Source of the DNA: Candidatus Brocadia sp. WS118
GTDB taxonomy: Bacteria; Planctomycetota; Brocadiia; Brocadiales; Brocadiaceae
Direction of reading: 5' to 3'
DNA length: 32,000 bases
Assembly: GCA_007618135.1 (NCBI GenBank)
Contig: PHFX01000170.1
Location: forward strand, 516 to 32,515
In this document: in pieces, positions 18,471 to 27,416 of the stretch
Layout: each line of letters starts with the position of its first letter
Position numbering within the stretch: the stretch's first letter is position 1
Made by a program: the position numbers and the translations under genes
The notes under the pieces: generated by a model
Database searches by the model: none
Seen by the model: the letters and a program-made list of their open reading frames with translations, nothing else
Told to the model about the DNA's origin: nothing

Positions 18471-19508
18471 ATGGCGAATCATAAGCGGCAGAACGGGATA
18501 AAAATTTCAGGTCGTTTCTTAGTAAATCATGGGGATACCAGGCTCTTTTGGTATATACTCATATTTGCAAATGCTTTCTTATTAACTGTTCCCATGGTAG
18601 CTGCCAGTCAAAAAATCACATCTGCTCTACAGACTAAGGTTAATAGCAATACAGCCATTGTGATACAGAGCCAGCAAATTGCCGCCTATAATGAAACAAT
18701 TAAGGGTTTTGAAGAAGCATGCAAAGAAAAGAATATTACCATTAAGACAATTTATGACCTGAGAGGCGATGCAGAAGAGAGTAAAAGGATTATTCGTGCC
18801 ATCAGGAATAGCGAACAAAAACCTCAGCTTGTTCTGGCGGTAGGTGTGCTTGCGGCAACCGTTGCAAAAGATCAAATTCCCGATATTCCGGTTATCTTTT
18901 GTATGGTCATTAATCATGACCGTTTTAATTTACGGGGAGCTAATATCACCGGTATTTCAGCCGAGGCATCGTTAGAAGATCAGTTTGCTGTTCTGAAAGA
19001 GATTCTGGGTTACCGGAAAAATGTCGGAGTTATTTATGATCCAAGGAAAACGGGAAAGATGATCTCTGATGCAATAAACGTAGCAAAAAGATTTGAAATT
19101 AATCTCTTGAAAAAAGAGGTGCTGTCGGAGAGAGAAGTCGGCGTTGCACTGAAAAATATTATCCATGATATCGATGCCTTCTGGATAATACCTGATGGTA
19201 CGGTAATTACAAGAGATTCACTTGATATGATTTTTAAAAAAACCTTAAAAGAGCGCATTCCTACCTTTTGCACTTCAAATGCAATCGTTAGGGCAGGGGC
19301 ATTGATTTCTGTTTCTCCGGATTACGCATACACCGGTCAGCAGGCAGCCCAGCTGGCACAGATACTGTTACACAACCCAACGATGCGATCGTTAGGTACG
19401 AAACAACCGGAGAAACTGAAAATAACCCTCAACACCTCTGTAGCAGAGATGATTGGAATAAATATATCATCTTTCAAATCTCGTTCAGATATAGTCTTCT
19501 ACCCCTAA
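18471..19508 (+). CDS. ABC transporter substrate-binding-like protein (ABC_sub_bind / PF04392-type), putative periplasmic sensor
   Basis: N-terminal hydrophobic segment, then ITSALQ..TAIVIQSQ, LVLAVGVLAATVAKDQIPDIPVIFCMV, NITGISAEASLEDQFAVLKEILG...VGVIYDP, and ISVSPDYAYTGQQAAQLAQILLHN. Confidence 0.85.
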   Translation: MANHKRQNGIKISGRFLVNHGDTRLFWYILIFANAFLLTVPMVAASQKITSALQTKVNSNTAIVIQSQQIAAYNETIKGFEEACKEKNITIKTIYDLRGDAEESKRIIRAIRNSEQKPQLVLAVGVLAATVAKDQIPDIPVIFCMVINHDRFNLRGANITGISAEASLEDQFAVLKEILGYRKNVGVIYDPRKTGKMISDAINVAKRFEINLLKKEVLSEREVGVALKNIIHDIDAFWIIPDGTVITRDSLDMIFKKTLKERIPTFCTSNAIVRAGALISVSPDYAYTGQQAAQLAQILLHNPTMRSLGTKQPEKLKITLNTSVAEMIGINISSFKSRSDIVFYP

Positions 19509-19519
19509 AAAAGCAGCGA

Positions 19520-21997
19520 TTGGGTAATGGTATGATTGGTATCCGCACAAAACTTATGCTTTTTACGAGTACCCTGGTAATTATGATTAGCACCCTGAGT
19601 TGCCTCTTCTTTTTAATTCATGCAAAAAGGCAGGAGGAGGAGGCTCTGAAAAATTTTGGTATGTCACTGATCATGCTGCTCGCTCAGGATAATGAAGTGA
19701 GATATGCTATGACGTACACCCAACCTGCATTTCTTGACACCCCTGTTAAAAGGATACGAGCGCTTGACCGGGAAGAGGAACTCGGATACCTGCGTATATC
19801 AAATATCCAAAAAACCCTGATCGAAGAAAAGGCGACCTGGATGAATATCGATATGAAAGAAATTCCCACCCAAAAAGGGAGAGAAAACCAGGATGTACTC
19901 CTTACCGATTGTACGCTTGCTTGTTCACGGAAGGTATTTTACGATTTTTCTCTGGCGGTGGCTGCGGAATCGACTTTCTCTGAAGAAGCATTTGCTGCCC
20001 AGGTTCTTGAAGAAATCAAGATGAATACACAACAGCAACCTTTGGGTTTTATACAAATCGGTTTATCTTCTCATAAATTGAGTAAGAGGATTCACGAGAT
20101 TTTTTGGAAGAGTATTATTCCGCTGGGTTTAATTATTATTTCCGGCGGAATAAGTATTACCATTTTCCTTACGAAGTACCTTGTTTCACCGTTACGGCAA
20201 ATGGCTGATGTCACCCTTGATATTGCCAAAGGTGATCTCACCCGTACCGTGGATGTCCAGTCACAGGATGAAATGGGGCAATTGTCGGTGAATTTCAACA
20301 AGATGACCCGGTCGCTGAAGAAGTCGTATGACGATCTGAAGCAAGAAATTGCAGATCGCAGGAGGGCTGAGGAATTATTAGCGTTTCGGGTAAAAATCGA
20401 AGGACTTATTACTGCCATATCGGCAAACTTTATTAATCTTCCATCTACTGAAGTTGATGCAGGCATACATCGTGCCTTGAAACAGATCGGGGAGTTTTCT
20501 GGTGTTGACCGCAGTTATGTCTTTCTTAATTCAGATGGGGGAAAGAGGATGGATAACACCCACGAGTGGTGCGCCAGGGGGATTCAGTCACAAAAAGAGA
20601 ACCTTCAGGGGGTGCTCGTTGAGCAGTTTCCTTGGGGCATGGAAAAGCTCAGGCGATTCGAAACGATCCATATCCCCAGGGTCAATGACCTGCCGGATGA
20701 CGCAATGACCGAGAGAGCACTGCAGCAATCGCAACAAGTGCAGTCGTGCGTAATCGTTCCCATGATTTATGGTGGATCATTGTTTGGGCTTTTGGGGTTT
20801 GATTCGGTACGAAGAGAGAAAACCTGGACACATGAAGACATTGGGATGTTAAAAATAGTAGCGGAAATATTTGTTAATGCCTTAGAGCACAAACGCATGG
20901 AAGAGGCGCTCCGCATAAGCGAAGGAAAGTATAGAATGCTGCTTGAAAACCTTCCACAGAGGATATTTTACAAGGATGAAAATTTACGGTATGTATCGTG
21001 TAATGAGAATTATGCCAGGGATTTGAAGATTCATACGGATGAAATACAAGGAAAGACGGATTATGACTTTTATCCAGAGGTGCTCGCGGAAAAATACCGC
21101 TCGGATGACAAACGAATCATGAGATTGGAAAAAACAGAAGAAATAGAAGAGAAATATATTAACAACGGACAAGAGCTGACTGTCCATACGGTGAAAACCC
21201 CCATAAAAGATGAGAAAGGAAGTGTTATTGGGGTATTAGGTATTTTCTGGGACATCACCGAGAAAATAGCCTTGCAGACGGAGGCTATACGGTCTAGGCA
21301 TCTGGTATCAGTAGGTGAACTTGCGGCAGGTGTGGCTCACGAAATTAACAATCCCATAACGGGTATTATCAACTGTGCCCAGATACTGGTAAATAAAAGT
21401 GAAAAGGGAACCAGAGAGGAGGACATTGGCCATCGAATTGTAAAAGAAGGAAACCGGATAGCTGATATCGTAAAGAGTCTCCTCTCCTTTGCCAGGCCGG
21501 GTGACAGAAAAGAACAAAGGGTTTCAGTCCATGTCTCTGAAATTATGTCTGATACACTTGTTCTGATGGGTTCACAGTTGAAAAAGGATAATGTTGAATT
21601 GGTTTTAAACATTCCCCCCGAATTGTCAAAGGTAAGTGCGCACCATCAGCAAATTCAACAGGTCTTTTTAAATTTGATAAGTAATGCACGATACGCCTTG
21701 AATTCTAAATACCCGGGAAGGAATGAGAATAAAATTCTTGAGATTCGGGGTGAATCGATAACCATTAATAATCGCCCCTATGTGAAAGTTACTTTTCATG
21801 ATAAAGGTACTGGAATATCTGCAGATATTCTGGATAAGGTTATGAATCCATTTTTTTCCACGAAACCAAGAGGGACGGGCACTGGGCTTGGCTTGAGCAT
21901 CAGTCACGGCATTGTAAATGATCATGGCGGTAAACTCCTGATAGATTCTGTTGAAAATGAATTTACGAAGGTTACGGTTGTGCTGCCGTCAGGGTAA
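19520..21997 (+). CDS. Membrane-bound histidine kinase with HAMP, GAF and PAS domains
   Basis: Two transmembrane segments around a periplasmic region. HAMP (FLTKYLVSPLRQMADVTLDIAKGDLTRTV), GAF (INLPSTEVDAGIHRALKQIGEF...VPMIYGGSLFGLLGFD), PAS (GKYRMLLENLPQRIFYKDENLRYVSCN), HisKA (GELAAGVAHEINNPITGIINCAQIL), and HATPase (SNARYAL, HDKGTGISADILDKVMNPFFSTKPRGTGTGLGLSI). Confidence 0.95.
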   Translation: MGNGMIGIRTKLMLFTSTLVIMISTLSCLFFLIHAKRQEEEALKNFGMSLIMLLAQDNEVRYAMTYTQPAFLDTPVKRIRALDREEELGYLRISNIQKTLIEEKATWMNIDMKEIPTQKGRENQDVLLTDCTLACSRKVFYDFSLAVAAESTFSEEAFAAQVLEEIKMNTQQQPLGFIQIGLSSHKLSKRIHEIFWKSIIPLGLIIISGGISITIFLTKYLVSPLRQMADVTLDIAKGDLTRTVDVQSQDEMGQLSVNFNKMTRSLKKSYDDLKQEIADRRRAEELLAFRVKIEGLITAISANFINLPSTEVDAGIHRALKQIGEFSGVDRSYVFLNSDGGKRMDNTHEWCARGIQSQKENLQGVLVEQFPWGMEKLRRFETIHIPRVNDLPDDAMTERALQQSQQVQSCVIVPMIYGGSLFGLLGFDSVRREKTWTHEDIGMLKIVAEIFVNALEHKRMEEALRISEGKYRMLLENLPQRIFYKDENLRYVSCNENYARDLKIHTDEIQGKTDYDFYPEVLAEKYRSDDKRIMRLEKTEEIEEKYINNGQELTVHTVKTPIKDEKGSVIGVLGIFWDITEKIALQTEAIRSRHLVSVGELAAGVAHEINNPITGIINCAQILVNKSEKGTREEDIGHRIVKEGNRIADIVKSLLSFARPGDRKEQRVSVHVSEIMSDTLVLMGSQLKKDNVELVLNIPPELSKVSAHHQQIQQVFLNLISNARYALNSKYPGRNENKILEIRGESITINNRPYVKVTFHDKGTGISADILDKVMNPFFSTKPRGTGTGLGLSISHGIVNDHGGKLLIDSVENEFTKVTVVLPSG

Positions 21998-22120
21998 GGG
22001 TTTTGACAGAGATGGGAAAAGGCGTCTCTGATGCAAAGTTTAATCATGATGTCTTTGGCCTATCCTTCTTACGATAATGGAATGCCAATTGCTTTTGTCG
22101 TAGATAGGAAAGAGGGAAAG

Positions 22121-23833
22121 ATGAAGAAAAAAATTCTTATAATCGACGATGAAGAGAATATCAGGTACACCTTTGAAAGCTTTCTTACAGACGAGGGATA
22201 TGAGGTGGCATCTGCAAAGGACTATAGGGATGCTCTCGTCGCGATTGATGAGGCAGATTTTGATGTGATATTTACCGATATTCTCTTGGGTGATAAGAGT
22301 GGTGTTGATATCCTGAGAAACATTAAAGAAAAGAATCTCAATTGTCCCGTTGTTATGATCACCGGTGCCCCTGATATTGGAACTGCCTCGGAAGCTCTGC
22401 GGTTGGGTGCCTTTGACTATATTCCTAAACCTATATTGCAGGACACTTTGGTGCGTGTTGCAAAGGTGGCATTACAGCATAAAACTCTCAAAGACGAAAA
22501 GGAGAGATACCAAACAAACCTTGACGCAATATTTCGAAGTGTAAGGGATGCAATTATTACGGTGGATAAGAATTTAATGGTAGTCGAGATGAATCCTGCG
22601 GCTGAACAAATCTGTGATCTGTCTCATAATGTCATTGGAAATCTCCTCAACTCTTTTCAGACACATTGTGGTGGAAAGTGTTTTGAAATTCTTCGTGCAA
22701 CCATTGAAGAAAAACAACCTCTGGAAATACCAAGTCTTGAATGCAGGCATAACCATCGCCCGCATCAGGTTGTGAGCATCTCAACCAATCCTCTCTTAAA
22801 CAATAAAGGTATGTTTTCAGGCGCTGTTTTGGTGGTAAGAGATGATACGCATTTGGTTGAACTAGAGCGCGATATGAAAGAGCGGCGTAAATTCCATAAT
22901 ATGATAGGGAAGAGTGAGAAGATACAGATGATTTACTCGTTTATAGAAGATTTGGCAGACGTCCAGACGACAGTCCTGGTGCTAGGGGAAAGCGGGACGG
23001 GTAAGGAACTGGTTGCCGAAGCAATCCACTACAGCGGTGCACGCAGTAAAAAACCGCTGGTCAAGGTAAACTGCTCGGCTTTATCAGAGAATCTGCTTGA
23101 AAGTGAGCTCTTTGGGCACGTAAAGGGCGCTTTTACCGGCGCTCTACAGAATAGGATTGGCAGGTTTCAGAAAGCTGAAGGAGGCACGATTTTTCTGGAT
23201 GAAATTGGCGACATCTCTCCGCGGATACAACTCCAACTGCTGAGGGTTTTGCAGGAAAGAGAATTTGAGCGCGTTGGAGACTCAAACCCCATCAAGGTCG
23301 ATGTTCGGGTTATTGCCGCGACTAATCAAAACCTTCGCGAAAAAGTCAAGCGGGGCGAGTTCCGCGAAGACCTTTATTACCGGCTCAAGGTAGTGGAAAT
23401 GTGCCTGCCGCCGCTAAGAGACAGGAAAGAAGACATACCGTTGCTGGTAAAGCACTTTGTGAAAAAATTCAATAAAAAGTTAAATAAAGAGATTACTGCC
23501 ATTTCTGCGGATGTCCAGAAGATATTTATGAACTACACATGGCCGGGAAATATCCGGGAATTGGAACATACTATGGAGCATGCATTTATTCTTTGCCACC
23601 AAAACGTCATTACGGCGGATCACCTGCCCCTCAATTTTAAAGACCTTAATCAAACGAATAAGACTTCTTCTGAAGATACAAAAATTGAAGAATCGCAGTC
23701 AATTATTCGGGCACTTGAGCTGGCTTTATGGAATAAAGCAAAAGCTGCACGCCTGTTAGGCATGAGCCGAAGGACGCTCTACCGGAAAATAAGAGACCTT
23801 AAAATAGGCGTGAAGGATGATTCCAGAATATAA
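22121..23833 (+). CDS. Sigma-54-dependent response regulator (receiver, PAS, AAA+, Fis-type HTH)
   Basis: KKILIIDDEENIRYTF receiver with Asp in IFTDILLG, PAS with SVRDAIITVDKNLMVVEMNPAAEQI, AAA+ with GESGTGKE, ELFGHVKGAFTGA, and C-terminal ALWNKAKAARLLGMSRRTLYRKIRDL. Start set at the internal ATG rather than 22031. Confidence 0.95.
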   Translation: MKKKILIIDDEENIRYTFESFLTDEGYEVASAKDYRDALVAIDEADFDVIFTDILLGDKSGVDILRNIKEKNLNCPVVMITGAPDIGTASEALRLGAFDYIPKPILQDTLVRVAKVALQHKTLKDEKERYQTNLDAIFRSVRDAIITVDKNLMVVEMNPAAEQICDLSHNVIGNLLNSFQTHCGGKCFEILRATIEEKQPLEIPSLECRHNHRPHQVVSISTNPLLNNKGMFSGAVLVVRDDTHLVELERDMKERRKFHNMIGKSEKIQMIYSFIEDLADVQTTVLVLGESGTGKELVAEAIHYSGARSKKPLVKVNCSALSENLLESELFGHVKGAFTGALQNRIGRFQKAEGGTIFLDEIGDISPRIQLQLLRVLQEREFERVGDSNPIKVDVRVIAATNQNLREKVKRGEFREDLYYRLKVVEMCLPPLRDRKEDIPLLVKHFVKKFNKKLNKEITAISADVQKIFMNYTWPGNIRELEHTMEHAFILCHQNVITADHLPLNFKDLNQTNKTSSEDTKIEESQSIIRALELALWNKAKAARLLGMSRRTLYRKIRDLKIGVKDDSRI

Positions 23834-23872
23834 GCGCCTATTGTCCCTTTGCTGCGACTTTCTTGGTTTTTT

Positions 23873-23936
23873 ATAAAAAAGTGTGCCATGTCACACTTTG
23901 TGACGTCACAAAGTGTGACATGGCACACTTTTTTAT
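23873..23936. promoter_or_regulatory. Perfect 64-bp palindrome (bidirectional terminator or multi-site operator)
   Basis: ATAAAAAAGTGTGCCATGTCACACTTTGTGAC|GTCACAAAGTGTGACATGGCACACTTTTTTAT: 32-nt arms with no loop, centre between 23904 and 23905. Confidence 0.85.
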
Positions 23937-24133
23937 TGTTTTCAAATAGATGCATTTCTATTAATTTTATTCCTTCCACGCATCTCGTAATAAAAATTCC
24001 GCAACAATTCAGGTTTTTTGAAACAACAAAATTATGTTTCAATTTTCTGGCATATGATTTGACAGCCAGTAAAAAAGAATTATGGGGATGAAAATGTATG
24101 GGTAAATTTTCCATGTAAGGAAGGAGGAAAAGT

Positions 24134-24202
24134 ATGAATATTTTTTTTGCCTTTTTAATAATCAGCATTGTGATTGCGATCACAACTATCGTGTTCTCGT
24201 AA
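24134..24202 (+). CDS. Candidate 22-aa single-transmembrane microprotein MNIFFAFLIISIVIAITTIVFS
   Basis: Strong Shine-Dalgarno (AAGGAAGGAGGAAAAGT) just upstream of the ATG, a nearly all-hydrophobic product, and a hairpin plus T-run about 30 nt downstream of the stop. Absent from the ORF track because of its length. Confidence 0.5.
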   Translation: MNIFFAFLIISIVIAITTIVFS

Positions 24203-24225
24203 GATTTGTGATTCTCATGGTCTCT

Positions 24226-24251
24226 AAAATATCAACGCGTACGTTGATTTT
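24226..24251 (+). terminator. Hairpin ATCAACG-CGTA-CGTTGAT followed by TTTTC
   Basis: Perfect 7-bp stem at 24231-24248 with a short T-run after it. Confidence 0.45.
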
Positions 24252-24277
24252 CATAATTTCGTTGGAGGGTTGCTCAA

Positions 24278-24852
24278 GTGGAGATGTCAAAGGTTGTTTA
24301 TAAATTGATGGAAAACGAGCTGATGAGGATATTGTTTTCTGGCGTAACCGATCTCACCTATATTTATGATGTGGAGGGAAATATCTTATTTGTAAATAAA
24401 GTATTTGAAAAATTTACGGGTCACAGGCCTGAGGAGTTTTACGGGAAACCATTTGCAACTCTTTTTGACAAGGAAAATTTAAAAAAGGCGCAGGACGCCT
24501 TTGCGGAGACATTGAAAGGAAATAGTCCGGAATACGAGCTTTATTTCCGGAATACAAAGGTGTTGTGTGAGTATAGGAACTTTCCGTTAAAGGATCAAAG
24601 CGGAAATCTTGTTGGCATAATGGGTATAGCCAGGGATATCACTGCCCGACGCAAGATAAGGAGTAGCTGAAGGCACTGAATGAATCTATGGAGATAAGGG
24701 TGATTGAACATACCTCAAGACTGATGGAGCTAAATGAAGAGTTGGTGAAGGAAATGAAGGAAAGAGTATGACTCGAAAGGGAATTAAAGCAAGGTATGGA
24801 GAAACAAAAAATCCTTAACGGGGATGATTCAGACTATGTCCCTGACCGTTGA
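24278..24852 (+). pseudogene. Decayed PAS sensor kinase fragment (PAS domain plus eroded coiled-coil linker)
   Basis: The intact part (24278-24670) is a PAS domain (LTYIYDVEGNILFVNKVFEKFTGHRPEEFYGKP...GIMGIARDITARRKIRSS*). The following sequence reads LKALNESMEIRVIEHTSRLMELNEELVKEMKERV*LERELKQGMEKQKILNG in another frame with a stop at 24769-24771, typical of a PAS-to-HisKA linker. Confidence 0.65.
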
Positions 24853-24904
24853 ATCAAGAGAACCTCATTCTGCTCTTCGTTAGGTTTATCCTGGATGCCG
24901 TGAA

Positions 24905-25207
24905 ATGAAATATAAAATATCAGTCATCATTGTGGGAGGAGATCATTTAGGTAGCATACCAAAGGAGCTTGATAAAATCGGAATTACGGAAATTCAACAC
25001 CTGACAGGCAGGACCGGGCAGAAGATGCGAGGGAAAATCCCGGAGAAGGTTGATTTTATAATCCTCCTCTACGATTTCGTTAATCATAATCTGGCTTATA
25101 AAGTAAAGAAATTGGCTATTAACCGGAACATACCTATTATCTATGCAAAGAGATCGTGGTCTTCCATTTATCAAAAGATAAAGGATAGCCGGATAACTAT
25201 TTTCTGA
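24905..25207 (+). CDS. DUF2325 family protein
   Basis: ISVIIVGGDHLGSIPKELDKIGITEIQHLTGR...VDFIILLYDFVNHNLAYKVKKLAINRNIPIIYAKRSWSSI, matching the small single-domain DUF2325 pattern. Confidence 0.8.
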   Translation: MKYKISVIIVGGDHLGSIPKELDKIGITEIQHLTGRTGQKMRGKIPEKVDFIILLYDFVNHNLAYKVKKLAINRNIPIIYAKRSWSSIYQKIKDSRITIF

Positions 25208-25226
25208 TTTCGCATCAGGTTTTTTA
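25204..25226 (+). terminator. Possible weak intrinsic terminator overlapping the DUF2325 stop codon
   Basis: CTGAT-TTCGC-ATCAG followed by GTTTTTT. Confidence 0.4.
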
Positions 25227-25508
25227 CGGTATCGTACAAAGTTTGTTGTCGAAATTCTCCAGCCTTCTCTTATATTCTCGTCGAGTTCTTCCCCCTGCGA
25301 TTATGAAGAACTCAAAACAATTCAGAATTTACATACACCCGCAAGCAGGCGGTAAACCTTCTCCCCTTGTCCGTTTCATGGCAATTGCAGGGTGGTAAAT
25401 TGTCGTTGACATTAATTTTACAACTCTGTACAATGCTTTTTTATTAAATAGCTACTTATGCTACAAGTAGTTACAATGATTAAAATTGCCAGTTAATAGT
25501 TATCGTTT

Positions 25509-25895
25509 ATGTATGTTGGTATTGACATTATAGAAATAAAACGCATCGAAAAATTGTTCTCTGCTCATGAGGATTTCTTACGAAGGATTTATACAAAAAA
25601 AGAGGTAGAGTATTGCAACCAAAAAAAGAACAAATATCAACATTTTGCGGCTCGTTTTGCCTCAAAAGAGGCAATGTTCAAGGCGCTGGGAACTGGCTGG
25701 GTTGGTAAAATGAAATGGACGGATATTGAGCTCTTAAATGACGAAAAAGGGAGACCCTATGTGAATCTCTATGGCGGGGTAAAAGAATTGGCAGATAAGA
25801 AACATATCGATAATATTTCTGTATCTTTATCCCACTGCCAGGACTATGCTATTGCCCAGGTTTTGTTGGTGCCAAAAAAAGAGGAATGTTCATGA
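25509..25895 (+). CDS. acpS: Holo-[acyl-carrier-protein] synthase
   Basis: VGIDIIEIKRIEKL, FAARFASKEAMFKALGTG, and ISVSLSHCQDYAIAQVLL: canonical AcpS motifs. Confidence 0.94.
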   Translation: MYVGIDIIEIKRIEKLFSAHEDFLRRIYTKKEVEYCNQKKNKYQHFAARFASKEAMFKALGTGWVGKMKWTDIELLNDEKGRPYVNLYGGVKELADKKHIDNISVSLSHCQDYAIAQVLLVPKKEECS

Positions 25896-27373
25896 AAAGA
25901 CTTGTATTAATCAATCCACATCCGATTGGAAATGTTGGAGAGGAAAATGTCTCGGTATTAAATCAAATGCCGGTGAATCTCGGCTATCTGAAGGTGTTAA
26001 CGCCAAAACACTGGCAGGCTGACATCATCGATGAAACCCAGGAACTTGCCATTGATGAAAATACCGGGGATATTACGTTTGGGGGAGCAGACCTGGTTGG
26101 CATTACCTCGGTGAGTTATCAGGCGAATCGGGCATATCAAATAGCTACTGCCTGCAGGAAACGGGGTATTCCCGTGATTATGGGCGGTATCCATGCAACA
26201 AGTTACCCGGAAGAAGCGTCAAAATACGTAGACTGCGTTGTGACCAGAGAAGCGGTAACTACGTGGGAAAAGATTATTGGCGACTTTGAAAAAGGCTGTC
26301 TCCAGAAAAGATACGATGGTGTTCTGACACCGATGGAGCTATATCAGGGATTGCGCCCGGATAGAAAATATTTGAAGGATAAATATAAATACCGTTATTC
26401 AGGTATCATAACTACTGCCGGGTGTCCTTTTAGCTGTGAGTTCTGTTCTGTGCCTCAGTTTCAGGGCAGGAAATACCGTGAAAGGCCCATCGAAGACGTC
26501 CTTGATGAATTCGAATCCATTAAGGGTCAATATCGCGGGCTGATCCTGACGGATGAAAATTTTTACGGACACAGCAAAAAATCCAACGAGCGCGTTCGGG
26601 ACCTTTTCAAAGGCATGGTGGAAAGGGGTATTTACCAGAACTGGTTCGGGTTTACCTCGCTCAATATCTATAAGGATGATGAAACCCTTGAATACATGAA
26701 AAAGAGCGGTTGCGTTGGAGTGCTCATTGGGATTGAATCCATCAATGAAGAGGCATTGAAGACGATGAACAAGAACGTAAATTTGCGCATCTCCATCGAA
26801 AATTATTTTGAGGCTATAGCCAATATCCGTAAACACGGTCTTGCCGTGTGGGGGACGATGGTCTTTGGAAACGATGCCGATACCCCGGAGACCTTTAAGC
26901 AGGTTGCTGATTTTGTCCTTGATTCACAGGTCGATATCATGACCTGCGGCATTTTGTGCCCGTTCATTAATACGCCGCTGTATCACCGGCTGAATGGCGA
27001 AGGAAGGCTTTTCAGAACAAAATTTCCGGAGGACTGGAAGTATTACACATCGCATCATCTCACCTATGTCCTGAAAAACATGTCCCTTCAGGAACTCATC
27101 GATGGATTTCAATATCTGTACGACAGGATTTATGCCACCGAGGTATTGCGGCAGAGATTCCAGAATGCGAAAGAGGTGCTGAAAGATAATATGAATGCCG
27201 CCATGTTTGCCTTCAGGGTCAATCTTGATTGGCAGTCCGTTTACCAGCATCTGATTCAAAATCTTAAAGAATTGCAGACATCAGGGTTCTATGATGAGGC
27301 ATTAAAACGATATAACCAATCGAAAAAAGCCGGGAAAAAGGTGGAATTGACACCGATTGAGGTGTCATCTTAA
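25892..27373 (+). CDS. B12-binding-domain radical SAM protein
   Basis: N-terminal cobalamin-binding-like domain (LVLINPHPIGNVG...LGYLKVL), radical SAM CxxxCxxC motif (TAGCPFSCEFCSVPQFQGRKYRER), and VLIGIESINEEALKTMNK. Overlaps acpS by 4 nt (ATGA); the in-frame ATG at 25886 is an alternative start. Confidence 0.9.
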   Translation: MKRLVLINPHPIGNVGEENVSVLNQMPVNLGYLKVLTPKHWQADIIDETQELAIDENTGDITFGGADLVGITSVSYQANRAYQIATACRKRGIPVIMGGIHATSYPEEASKYVDCVVTREAVTTWEKIIGDFEKGCLQKRYDGVLTPMELYQGLRPDRKYLKDKYKYRYSGIITTAGCPFSCEFCSVPQFQGRKYRERPIEDVLDEFESIKGQYRGLILTDENFYGHSKKSNERVRDLFKGMVERGIYQNWFGFTSLNIYKDDETLEYMKKSGCVGVLIGIESINEEALKTMNKNVNLRISIENYFEAIANIRKHGLAVWGTMVFGNDADTPETFKQVADFVLDSQVDIMTCGILCPFINTPLYHRLNGEGRLFRTKFPEDWKYYTSHHLTYVLKNMSLQELIDGFQYLYDRIYATEVLRQRFQNAKEVLKDNMNAAMFAFRVNLDWQSVYQHLIQNLKELQTSGFYDEALKRYNQSKKAGKKVELTPIEVSS

Positions 27374-27416
27374 AAGCAGGCATCCCTCTTTTCTTTAGAG
27401 AGGTTGAGTATTTTTG

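Noticed and set aside
23779-24183. 134-aa minus-strand ORF (MIAITMLIIKKAKK...) and 80-aa plus-strand ORF at 23849-24091
   Set aside because: Both read through the 64-bp palindrome, which by symmetry yields open-looking translation on both strands (CAMSHFVTSQSVTWHTF / CHVTLCDVTKCDMAHF). Neither has family motifs.
25303-25398. Short frame MKNSKQFRIYIHPQAGGKPSPLVRFMAIAGW upstream of acpS
   Set aside because: Only 31 codons with no clear ribosome site or recognisable family. I considered a transposase or gene remnant but could not support it.
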